Below are positions 34,134 to 42,849 of a stretch of 64,000 bases of DNA, piece by piece. Positions within the stretch are counted from its first letter, which is position 1. Each line of letters begins with the position of its first letter. The stretch spans positions 4,045 to 68,044 of the forward strand of contig DAJY01000098.1 in NCBI GenBank assembly GCA_002499015.1. The letters run 5' to 3'. A model generated the notes under the pieces. It ran no database searches. It saw only the letters and a program-made list of their open reading frames with translations, and was not told where the DNA came from. Origin of the DNA: Euryarchaeota archaeon UBA242. GTDB taxonomy: Archaea; Thermoplasmatota; Poseidoniia; Poseidoniales; Poseidoniaceae. Both the position numbers and the translations under genes were made by a program.

Positions 34134-35491
34134 ACGTGTACCTCATCACTGTCGAAGGAGGTGATGGCTCCGGAAAAGGTGAAGCAGCAAGGATTATTCA
34201 CGAGTTAGTTGCTGAGTTCCCATTCCCTGGATATCACTCAACCCATGAACCAAGAAGGCATAGTGAATTAGGTAAACTGGCTTTGTCATCTGTCAAATTA
34301 GGTGATAAAACTCCTTTAGAAGAAGCTGGATTGTTTGCTGCCGATCGACTGGACCATTCGCATACTTGGATTAGACCACTACTTGCAAAAGGACATGTTG
34401 TAATTTCAGATAGAAATATTCACTCATCACTAATTTATCAAGGAGTCGTCGGAGAACTGGGACTTGAACAGGTTGCCAAAATGAATGCTGCATCAATGAT
34501 TCCCGACCTTGTATTTTGGATTGACTGCGACCCTGATAAAGCCATTAAAAGAATAAAGAGTGGTACTTTGCGAATGAGCAGTGGCAAAACTGAATATTTT
34601 GAAACTCCTGAAATACAGAAAACGATTAGAAAGGGATTCAATGATCTTTTATCAGGGGAAATAACTGTTCCGGCTCCATTTGACAAATGTTGCGTAATAG
34701 GGCCAATCCTCAATGAAGGGGGATTGGATGAACTTCGTAGAAAATTGCGAACAGAATTACGCGCTTTTTTCAATAGAAGGCCCGCTCCATTAAACGTTGA
34801 TGCCGATGAAGTCGATCGATACCTATTGAATGCATTGGTTAACGATGTAAAAAAACAAACAAGGTTACCCGGTGCCCCTCAAGAGAAAACTTCGATGAAT
34901 ATCGGTTGGCTTTCGGGTGAATCACCAGCAAATTGGATGCATTTTGCTGAAGATAATTGGCCAAAAAAGTCTGCAATATCATTTGATGTCCCTGCAAGCC
35001 CACATGCCCAATCGTGTTGGGCTGTTTTGGGAACTCTCTCACTAATTGTAGGTTCGAGTGAAATTCCAAGATTGCATAAATCACTTGGCCCTCATCGAAT
35101 GGTTACACAAAGACATACTCAACGATTGGTTAGGTGGCTGGAGAAGGAATGGTGGATTCATAAGCAACAATCCCATGTACCTTTCGCTGAAGCACAGATG
35201 TTCAAATTGAGAGATGACAAACTGGGATATTGTCGTTTAGCATTAGCAATGTGGCCATTGCGTTCCTCTCTAGCATCATGGAGGAGATCTAATCCAAACG
35301 GCGAATGGAAGAATTCTTTAGCGGAAATATTACTTTTAGGACAAGAAAAATCTCCTCCTCCGGCGACTAGGAAAGCTGTTAGCTATGTGATTAGCAGATT
35401 GGAGATGCTTACTAGTGGCCATGAAAATTGCCCTGTCCCACAGGATATTGATCAATTAATAGTGTGGTGGAGCATGAACCCACCGCAATGA
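34130..35491 (+). CDS. Thymidylate kinase-like P-loop kinase fused to a ~250-aa Trp-rich C-terminal domain of unknown function
   Basis: 453 aa. The N-terminal ~200 aa has Tmk-like motifs: P-loop ITVEGGDGSGKG (GKG rather than GKS/T), DR motif AADRLDH, and a DRY-like VISDRNIHSSLIYQG. The C-terminal half has no recognisable motif. Confidence 0.6.
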   Translation: MNVYLITVEGGDGSGKGEAARIIHELVAEFPFPGYHSTHEPRRHSELGKLALSSVKLGDKTPLEEAGLFAADRLDHSHTWIRPLLAKGHVVISDRNIHSSLIYQGVVGELGLEQVAKMNAASMIPDLVFWIDCDPDKAIKRIKSGTLRMSSGKTEYFETPEIQKTIRKGFNDLLSGEITVPAPFDKCCVIGPILNEGGLDELRRKLRTELRAFFNRRPAPLNVDADEVDRYLLNALVNDVKKQTRLPGAPQEKTSMNIGWLSGESPANWMHFAEDNWPKKSAISFDVPASPHAQSCWAVLGTLSLIVGSSEIPRLHKSLGPHRMVTQRHTQRLVRWLEKEWWIHKQQSHVPFAEAQMFKLRDDKLGYCRLALAMWPLRSSLASWRRSNPNGEWKNSLAEILLLGQEKSPPPATRKAVSYVISRLEMLTSGHENCPVPQDIDQLIVWWSMNPPQ

Positions 35492-35493
35492 AT

Positions 35494-36300
35494 TCATTCT
35501 TCTGATTCTTCGATTAACTCAAATTTCGCCCCACCTGGCAAAACTACCTGACTTGCATTATCGAACTTAATAGGTCTTGCAGAATACATTGAAGAAATCA
35601 AAATTGCAAGACCGAAACCAAATGGTGCACCTGTTAGTATTCTTGCCATGTTATTAGATTCATAGTCAGTCAATAATTGTGTGAAGCCATCAATCATTAA
35701 AGGGACGCATAATAAAACTCCAAATCCTAGCCAAGACAAGGTTCTGTAATTCCCTCTATATATTTTCTCCAACCATTTATCTGGAATCATTGATAAGCAT
35801 GTATCCTTGATTGTCCAACGATTATACCCCTTTCTAGAAAACACTAAACCACCAATTGCCAAACCAAAGAAAATTCCGATATCCCTAGTACAAACTGGCA
35901 TTTGATTACCGTTAATTTCCCATGAGCGTTCATGCTTATTGTGACAATTCAAATCTCCAAATGCATAAATGAATCCAGTATATGGGTCCAACTCCATCCA
36001 AGAAAATTGATTATGATTGTGAACCGTGCCATCTTCATGCATATGTGGTGCAGATGCTTGCTCACTATTCCCAGATGATCCGAATCCATCTTTTGTTGCA
36101 AAATCTAATGCATTCGCTCGTCCGGAGATATTTGCGACAGTGCCCTCGGGTAGAATCAAGGGTGCAATAAAAAATGAGACTAAAAAGAAACCACATATGT
36201 AGAATACCCACATACCGACTTTCCTCTCAGGTTCACGATTGGTCAACCCATTCTTTACCATGACCAACCCTATTGCAGGAGATATATTATTCTTTAACAA
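35494..36300 (-). CDS. Polytopic membrane protein (DUF2085-like), hypothetical
   Basis: 268 aa with 5-6 TM helices and a conserved Cys/His-containing segment (LNCHNKHERSWEINGNQMPVCTRDIGIFFGL). Confidence 0.45.
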   Translation of the reverse strand: MLKNNISPAIGLVMVKNGLTNREPERKVGMWVFYICGFFLVSFFIAPLILPEGTVANISGRANALDFATKDGFGSSGNSEQASAPHMHEDGTVHNHNQFSWMELDPYTGFIYAFGDLNCHNKHERSWEINGNQMPVCTRDIGIFFGLAIGGLVFSRKGYNRWTIKDTCLSMIPDKWLEKIYRGNYRTLSWLGFGVLLCVPLMIDGFTQLLTDYESNNMARILTGAPFGFGLAILISSMYSARPIKFDNASQVVLPGGAKFELIEESEE

Positions 36301-36339
36301 TCAAAGCATTGATGATATCTGCCAATTCCCTTAAACAAT

Positions 36340-36972
36340 ATGGGAGAACTAGAAGGAGAGCCTGTTGGTTTGTCGCTAGGCATGCAGGCTGGAGGATTCC
36401 TTGGTTTATACCTCGGATTCTCACTATCGGTAGTTTCTGTTTTAACAGACCCCAGCGAATTGCAAAGATTGGTATCTCTGCTATGTTTGCCTCCTATTTT
36501 TATATCTATTATTCTCGGCCCATTCCTTGCTAGGAGAAGAAGGCCTGTTGCTTTGGCTGATGAACCGGTAAAAGTAGCAAGAGAAGCATTACAAATCCAC
36601 AATGAAGGTCAAGGTAAATGGCGATCTTTGAGCCATATCAACAGTGATGGAAGAACAATTCGAATCGATATGCATAATCTAACAAATATCGAGAATGTAC
36701 TTAAAGATGCATTGATTATAGCAGAGAGTTATCCAGTAAGATTCATTGTTGGCCGGGGAAAAAGTAGTAGTAACCAGCAAGATCTCCGCGATATAGTTCT
36801 AACATACATAGAGAACAACGTCAGTATAACTAGGAGGAATAGAAGTGCAAAGTCTATTGAAGTAATCCCTCAACCTTCAGTTGATCATATCAACTACCAA
36901 AGGAAAACAAATAAAATATTAATGATATTACTTCCAATAATTTCATTCTTCGCTTGGTTAGAAATGCGCTAA
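36340..36972 (+). CDS. Membrane-anchored Smr domain protein
   Basis: 210 aa. Two N-terminal TM helices. The C-terminal region IRIDMHNLTNIENVLKDALIIAESYPVRFIVGRGKSSSNQQDLRDIVLTYI matches the Smr pattern (hDLHGh...hIxGKG). Confidence 0.5.
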   Translation: MGELEGEPVGLSLGMQAGGFLGLYLGFSLSVVSVLTDPSELQRLVSLLCLPPIFISIILGPFLARRRRPVALADEPVKVAREALQIHNEGQGKWRSLSHINSDGRTIRIDMHNLTNIENVLKDALIIAESYPVRFIVGRGKSSSNQQDLRDIVLTYIENNVSITRRNRSAKSIEVIPQPSVDHINYQRKTNKILMILLPIISFFAWLEMR

Positions 36973-36997
36973 ATATGCGCTAAATAGATGAGGTGTT

Positions 36998-37987
36998 ATG
37001 ATGAGTTACAAATCTAAAATGAAAGATTTATTGAAACGCCTAGAAAAAGGCGGCATCCCAATAACCAATGCCATTAAAGAAGCAATGATGACGATTGAAG
37101 TAGATTACTTCACCGATTTTGAAACTGCAGATTTCTATGCTGACCGGCCCATCACTTTTCTGAAAAATGAAAAAGGTGCAGTGAAAACAATTTCTGCACC
37201 TCATATGATTGTGACTCTATTATATCATTTAGAATTGCAAAAGGGTAATGAAGTCATTTTAATTGGTTGTAAAAGTGGATATATCGCAGCATTAATTGCT
37301 CTAATAGTAGGAGAAGAAGGTAGTGTCAAAGTATTAGACCCTTCACAAAATGTCACTCAGCACGCAGCAGCTCGGCTAACTTATTGGCCCAATGTTGAGG
37401 TAAGACATATTGAATCATTACAGGTCTCGCCTATTGCCTTCCCTGGTGAATTGAATCGCGTATTGGTTACAGGACAAATAAAGCAGTTACCTGAATGGGT
37501 TAATACTAGGATCTCAGAGTCTGGATTCGTAATCGTACCACTAGGTGGAAGTGCTTGGCAAAAATTAATGAAATTAGAATGTCAAAATGGTCAATTACTT
37601 CCAACTGACCTTGGTCATGTTAGTTTTGGACCAGTGAACATCTCTGATGCTGAAGTTGGCCCAATCAATCCTAATGAGTTGGCTGATATCCTTGAATTAG
37701 CGATAGAGACTTTTCGAGAAATAGAAATGATTACAGAAGAAGAGCAACAATCCATTGCTGATTTGATAATTGATTTACGCAATTTACCAGATGATTTACC
37801 TCCCCCTGGGGAAGCAGGAATCGCAATTGAAGAACATCCGATGATTCGTTTACTGTATCTGGCATCACCCTCGTTCATTCGCTTGTGGCCATTATTACAA
37901 CTCATGGTTTACCCGAGTTTAGCGAGCCCTGGTGGATATGATGTGGACTCTGATGATCACTTCAAATTCGATGATTTTGGAATCTGA
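36998..37987 (+). CDS. pcm: Protein-L-isoaspartate O-methyltransferase (PIMT) with C-terminal extension
   Basis: 329 aa. TISAPHMIVTLLYHLELQKGNEVILIGCKSGYIAALIALIVGEEGSVKVLD matches the PIMT SAM-binding region (ISAPHMHA...VLeIGtGSGY). About 110 extra C-terminal residues. Confidence 0.75.
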   Translation: MMSYKSKMKDLLKRLEKGGIPITNAIKEAMMTIEVDYFTDFETADFYADRPITFLKNEKGAVKTISAPHMIVTLLYHLELQKGNEVILIGCKSGYIAALIALIVGEEGSVKVLDPSQNVTQHAAARLTYWPNVEVRHIESLQVSPIAFPGELNRVLVTGQIKQLPEWVNTRISESGFVIVPLGGSAWQKLMKLECQNGQLLPTDLGHVSFGPVNISDAEVGPINPNELADILELAIETFREIEMITEEEQQSIADLIIDLRNLPDDLPPPGEAGIAIEEHPMIRLLYLASPSFIRLWPLLQLMVYPSLASPGGYDVDSDDHFKFDDFGI

Positions 37988-37990
37988 ATT

Positions 37991-39031
37991 ATGAGCCACA
38001 GTGGCTATAATGAGATGTTGGGTGGGATGTTCATGGCAGGCGGGCTAAATACTGAGATGGCTAGGTTGTCTCATAGGGATATTCGCCAAAGAAGAAGAGC
38101 AATACGCGTATTATTCGATTTGGATATTCCACGTGCATTAGAAGCATTTGTACCATTACTAGATGACAATGACCCATGGTTCCAATCTAAGTCATTAGAA
38201 GCACACCGTAAGTGGGCTGTTCAAAGTGGAATTGAAAGTTTAAAACCATTAGTTGAACATCGTTGGATAGATGCAAACCGCTGTGCTGCAAACCTATTGG
38301 GTCAATTCGGAAAAGAATCCGAAAAATATGCTAACATATTGCTTGTATTTGATGACCAAACTTGCCAGAGAAAGGCCGCCGCTTCACTATTACAAGATTC
38401 CGAAAATCTTGAATTGGCGCAAAGGCTGTCAGAAAACACTGATTATCAAATCCGTAAACTTGCCTATTGCAGTTCATCAGCAGATAAGGAATTGCGCTCC
38501 AGAGGAATTAATGACTCCAACAATTCAGTCAAAGAAGCGGTGCTGAGAGTCATTATCGCAAATGACGAACCTATATCTAAACAAAAGATTGTCAGTTTAA
38601 TTGAATGCGGAGTTGATAGTTCATTGCTTAGCAAACCTGCAATTAACCTAGGCGGGGATGTTTTTCTCAAATTAGTTGATTCATGCCCTTCGAATAAAAA
38701 TCTACAATTTAGTAAAGTCCTATCTGAAATGTGTAATGATGTCGATGATGAACAAATTAAAAAGTTAATAGAGGCGGGTCAACTTTCCATTATTGCTCGC
38801 TGGTTAAGAGGGAGAAATGATAGTAAAAGTGATGCACTGCTATGGCAATTGATGGATGATGACAGACTTCCAACCATAGAAAAGGCAAGGCTCCTTGAAC
38901 GCTTAATAGGCAGAGCTGGAGAACCAGAAATTAATGCACATGCTGTTGAATTTGCTAGTCGTTGCAAAGACACTTTACTGAAAGTTACAGCAGAGAACCT
39001 TTCAACCGCCGCTGATGAACTCAAAATATGA
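37991..39031 (+). CDS. Alpha-helical repeat (HEAT/PBS-lyase-like) hypothetical protein
   Basis: 346 aa, all-helical and repetitive (..LLDDNDPWFQSKSLEAHRKWA.., ..QRKAAASLLQDSENLELAQRLSEN..). Sits 4 nt after pcm and overlaps the M61 gene by 4 nt, suggesting an operon. Confidence 0.4.
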   Translation: MSHSGYNEMLGGMFMAGGLNTEMARLSHRDIRQRRRAIRVLFDLDIPRALEAFVPLLDDNDPWFQSKSLEAHRKWAVQSGIESLKPLVEHRWIDANRCAANLLGQFGKESEKYANILLVFDDQTCQRKAAASLLQDSENLELAQRLSENTDYQIRKLAYCSSSADKELRSRGINDSNNSVKEAVLRVIIANDEPISKQKIVSLIECGVDSSLLSKPAINLGGDVFLKLVDSCPSNKNLQFSKVLSEMCNDVDDEQIKKLIEAGQLSIIARWLRGRNDSKSDALLWQLMDDDRLPTIEKARLLERLIGRAGEPEINAHAVEFASRCKDTLLKVTAENLSTAADELKI

Positions 39032-40866
39032 GCCCAGTAAATTCAGGTATTACCTTCTCAATCGATGCTACCGAAGGTAATTCACGTCGCGTCCATGTTG
39101 GCATCGACATCAATGGCCCTTTCACACAACCAATTCTCAAACTTCATTTCCCAAGATGGGTACCTGGGTCATATTTTCTAAGAGAACCAATCCAACATAT
39201 GACTGAATTCGTAGCCGTGGATGATGCCGGGGTTGAATTGAATTCATTTCGCTATGAAGTTGATGCAATGAAAATAAAAGTACCTAAAAACATAAAATCA
39301 ATTTCTATCTCTTACAAATTATTAGCAACTGAACTATCTTGCAGATCTAATCATCTTGATTCAACCCATGTTCACATAATGCCGCCTTTTACTTGGTTTC
39401 TACCAACTGATGGTATTGATTTAGAACGAATGAATCAGAAACACTCAATCTCATTGCACACACCCGCATCATGGTCTGCTGCCACTCAGTATGAATTAGA
39501 TATTAGTAAGCCATGTAAGGGCTTGCTAACAGGGAACAATGGAATTACTCATTTGTTTTCTGCACCCAACCGTGACGAACTGCTAGATGGAATAATTGAA
39601 GCTAATGAAAATGAAAATATTTGTTGGAAGGTAGATGGTCGTAATCATATCCTCAAATTATGGGATAGTGGAGGTCATCCAGTAGATCAAAGGATGCTTG
39701 AAAAATTCAAACTAGATATGAATAAAGTCATCAAAGAACATCATGCTTTGTTCGGTATACCCCCATGGGACAATTACGTCACCGTCATTCAATTAACTGA
39801 GAACTCACGAGGTGGGTTAGAACATCTAAATTCACAAACATCAATGTTGCCCCGTCAATGCTTAATGCCAAATCATGCTGACGAATATATGGATTTAGTT
39901 AGTTTGTTTTCCCATGAATACCTACATCAATGGAATGTAAAACGATTGAGGCCAAGGAATTTCATCGATTATGATTTGCAAAGAGAGGCGCATACCGAAT
40001 TACTTTGGTGGTTTGAAGGGTGTACTTCGTGGCTAGGGGATATGATTTGTGTACGCTCAGGTGCATGGTCTGAAAAAGACTGGCGCAAAGATTGGATGAG
40101 GAAGATGAAGCGTACTACAACAAGGAATGGCATGCAATTTGAATCTCTGAGTGAATCAAGTCATGATGCTTGGACTCATTTATACCGGGGGCACTCATTC
40201 TCTAGAGAGACTCAAATCTCTTATTACAATGAAGGAGAACTTGCTATTTTTTGTCTAGATGCTGAATTACAGCGACGTTCAAATGGAAACACTGGAATCT
40301 GTGATCTGATGGTTGAATTATGTAAGCGCCATGCTATAGAATATGATTCTGCAGTCCAACTCGGTGTTAATTATGGTGATATAAGAAAGGCATTAACTTC
40401 AATCGATGGGGGCTCTAGATTAGGGACTATGCTCGATTCATTAATGAAAAACCGTCAACTGCCAGATGTTGAGAAAGCATGTAATTATTATTCTTTGAAA
40501 TTGGTTAGCGATATCAAAAAAGAAAATCAACAAAATCACTTAGAAAATGCTTGGTTAGGTGTTTCCATCACAGATTCTGAAGGGAAAATAATTGTTACAA
40601 CACATCAAACAGGCTCGCCAGTACGTGATTTATTGATGCCTGGTGATGAAATAATTGCAATAAATGGAAGAAGAACTGATTCAAATAAAAAACTAAACAG
40701 TTCCTTGATGGGTCAGAATGATAAGATGGCCAATATTATTTACAGCCATGAAGGTGTGATTAAATCGGCTGATGTCAAGATGATTAATAAGATTCAACAC
40801 AAAGTAAAATTAGAAGGAAAAGGTAATCACAAATGGCGCGATTATATCTCTAGTCGTCAAGGTTGA
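39028..40866 (+). CDS. M61 glycyl aminopeptidase family metalloprotease with C-terminal PDZ domain
   Basis: 612 aa. HEYLHQWNVKRLRP matches the M61 HE[FY]xHxWNVKRxRP signature. C-terminal PDZ-like segment (LGVSITDSEGKIIVTTHQTGSPVRDLLMPGDEIIAINGRR). Confidence 0.75.
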   Translation: MSPVNSGITFSIDATEGNSRRVHVGIDINGPFTQPILKLHFPRWVPGSYFLREPIQHMTEFVAVDDAGVELNSFRYEVDAMKIKVPKNIKSISISYKLLATELSCRSNHLDSTHVHIMPPFTWFLPTDGIDLERMNQKHSISLHTPASWSAATQYELDISKPCKGLLTGNNGITHLFSAPNRDELLDGIIEANENENICWKVDGRNHILKLWDSGGHPVDQRMLEKFKLDMNKVIKEHHALFGIPPWDNYVTVIQLTENSRGGLEHLNSQTSMLPRQCLMPNHADEYMDLVSLFSHEYLHQWNVKRLRPRNFIDYDLQREAHTELLWWFEGCTSWLGDMICVRSGAWSEKDWRKDWMRKMKRTTTRNGMQFESLSESSHDAWTHLYRGHSFSRETQISYYNEGELAIFCLDAELQRRSNGNTGICDLMVELCKRHAIEYDSAVQLGVNYGDIRKALTSIDGGSRLGTMLDSLMKNRQLPDVEKACNYYSLKLVSDIKKENQQNHLENAWLGVSITDSEGKIIVTTHQTGSPVRDLLMPGDEIIAINGRRTDSNKKLNSSLMGQNDKMANIIYSHEGVIKSADVKMINKIQHKVKLEGKGNHKWRDYISSRQG

Positions 40867-41306
40867 GCATTACCCTCTAACTTCAAGATTTGTAGAGATA
40901 TATGGATTGGGGGAAGATGGTCTGCGATTGTGTGGCGGCTAGTTTTTGGCGGAAACAATTCATCTGACAAACTCATCTCTAACACTTCTTGCTTGGTAAG
41001 AGAATCTCTCTCACAGCCAGGCCAAACATCCACAGTGATGCTTTCATCACCTAAATAATCGACACAAATAACTGGTACTCTTTTCAATTCAAGTATCTCT
41101 GCAATTGCATGGCGATGGTGTCCGTCAAGAATTGCACCTGTTAGTTGATCAACGATTAGTGGTTTAGTATATCCTTCCCATCTTTTGATCATATCAAGGA
41201 GTTTATCTCTATTTCTCGGCTTTATATTTTCATGTGCTTTAAGCCACTCTAGAGGTACCAGCCGCACATCACTTTCGTCCCACATCATGGCTTTGCCAAT
41301 CTTCAA
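40857..41306 (-). CDS. ParB/sulfiredoxin-like (ParBc) domain protein
   Basis: 149 aa. LDGHHRHAIA motif characteristic of the ParB N-terminal/Srx fold. Overlaps the convergent M61 gene by 10 nt. Confidence 0.45.
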   Translation of the reverse strand: MKIGKAMMWDESDVRLVPLEWLKAHENIKPRNRDKLLDMIKRWEGYTKPLIVDQLTGAILDGHHRHAIAEILELKRVPVICVDYLGDESITVDVWPGCERDSLTKQEVLEMSLSDELFPPKTSRHTIADHLPPIHISLQILKLEGNAQP

Positions 41307-41358
41307 CCTGCGATAATGCTTTGGCGCACTTGGACTTGAACAACATTGGAGGGAGGAG

Positions 41359-42729
41359 ATGGATAGTCAACGAAATTGGCCAAAAGCGGGCACACATTCA
41401 GATGTGCCCGCACAACAATGTCCCCCTAATATGTCCAAATGGCTGCAAACGTTGGATTCTGAATTGTTGTTAATTATCAATACTATTGCTGAAGCTGGTG
41501 GCGGAGTCTGGATAGTCGGTGGTGCGCCAAGAGATGTCATGCTTGGAACTGATGTCACCGACATTGACTTGGCAGTGGACCTGACTCCACAAAAAATGCT
41601 TACATTATTCCCTGACGCAATCCAAACAGGCGTTGAATTCGGGACATTGACATTGCGAGGCGGTGATTCGATGTACGAATGTACAACTCTTCGCACTGAA
41701 TCGCAATATCTTGATGGTAGGCGGCCAGAGGTAGTAAATTGGGGAACAAGTTTAGAACAAGATTTACAGCGACGAGATTTCACAATCAATGCGATGGCGA
41801 TAGATGTCTCTAGAATGAGATTACATGACCCTCACAATGGGCTTCTTGACCTTGAACGCGGGGTACTGCGTGCTGTCGGTCATGCATCTCTAAGATTGGC
41901 CGAAGATGGGTTGAGAATAATGCGGGCATATCGTTTCATGGACCGTAATGAGGCCGGAATTTGGTATCCAGACAGTAACCTTGCCCAAGCATTATCGCAA
42001 AAAAGAAGAATGCTATTAAATGTTGCACCAGAACGGATTTGGAGTGAATTTAGGAAGATTCTTTCAGGGAAAAATGTATCTATTGTGCTTGCTTTAATGC
42101 TCAAGGATGAAGTTCTAAAGATCGTGTTGAATACTAAATGGAACCTAGCAAGTCCAATTTTTGAAGCCATTTCTGAATTTACACTAAATGAGACTGATTA
42201 TTTAGCGGTATTTTCAATTCTACTCAGTGAAACTGATAGAGATCAAATACCAGACTTGCTGAATAATTTGAAAGTATCTAAGTTTGAACGAGATTCTGTA
42301 ATTGGAATTGTTTCTCGCATGGGCTATGTTCCAAACAATGTTATTGGTGAAATAAGAGTGCATCGCTATGTACTGGGTGAAGAAGCAGCGACTCACTTAC
42401 AACTAGAATACCTAATAAAAAAATTCTCAATTCGCCTACCACAAGGATCTATGGATGGATGCAGTCTACAAGAAATTGAACAATTAATTAATAAATCTTC
42501 TGAATTACCGCTACTAAAATTTTCTGGCAAATCAATATTAGATGGAAATCAGTTGATGAATTTGACCGCTATTGCCCGTGGACCTAAATTGGGTAATTTG
42601 AAATCATGGCTGCATCGTATTCAAATTGAGAGAGACATTCAATCGGAACAAGAAATGATTCAAATATTATCTACGATTGTGTGGCAAAATAGTGACGGAA
42701 ATGAGTGGCCCAAGGTACAATTCCCATAA
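41359..42729 (+). CDS. cca: Class II (bacterial/eukaryotic-type) tRNA nucleotidyltransferase / poly(A) polymerase family protein
   Basis: 456 aa. Head-domain motifs VWIVGGAPRDVMLGTDVTDIDLAV (GGxVRD...DxD) and RRDFTINAMA (RRDxTxNA) are diagnostic of class II nucleotidyltransferases. No obvious HD motif. Confidence 0.75.
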   Translation: MDSQRNWPKAGTHSDVPAQQCPPNMSKWLQTLDSELLLIINTIAEAGGGVWIVGGAPRDVMLGTDVTDIDLAVDLTPQKMLTLFPDAIQTGVEFGTLTLRGGDSMYECTTLRTESQYLDGRRPEVVNWGTSLEQDLQRRDFTINAMAIDVSRMRLHDPHNGLLDLERGVLRAVGHASLRLAEDGLRIMRAYRFMDRNEAGIWYPDSNLAQALSQKRRMLLNVAPERIWSEFRKILSGKNVSIVLALMLKDEVLKIVLNTKWNLASPIFEAISEFTLNETDYLAVFSILLSETDRDQIPDLLNNLKVSKFERDSVIGIVSRMGYVPNNVIGEIRVHRYVLGEEAATHLQLEYLIKKFSIRLPQGSMDGCSLQEIEQLINKSSELPLLKFSGKSILDGNQLMNLTAIARGPKLGNLKSWLHRIQIERDIQSEQEMIQILSTIVWQNSDGNEWPKVQFP

Positions 42730-42849
42730 AAGTAAGAACCTACGAAGTGTATTTTGATAATTATTATTAATTTGTTTTATCTAATTCTCAATACCAACAA
42801 GATAATGAACAAAGTCCTTTCAAACTAAAAATATCAACGGGTTTTTTCA

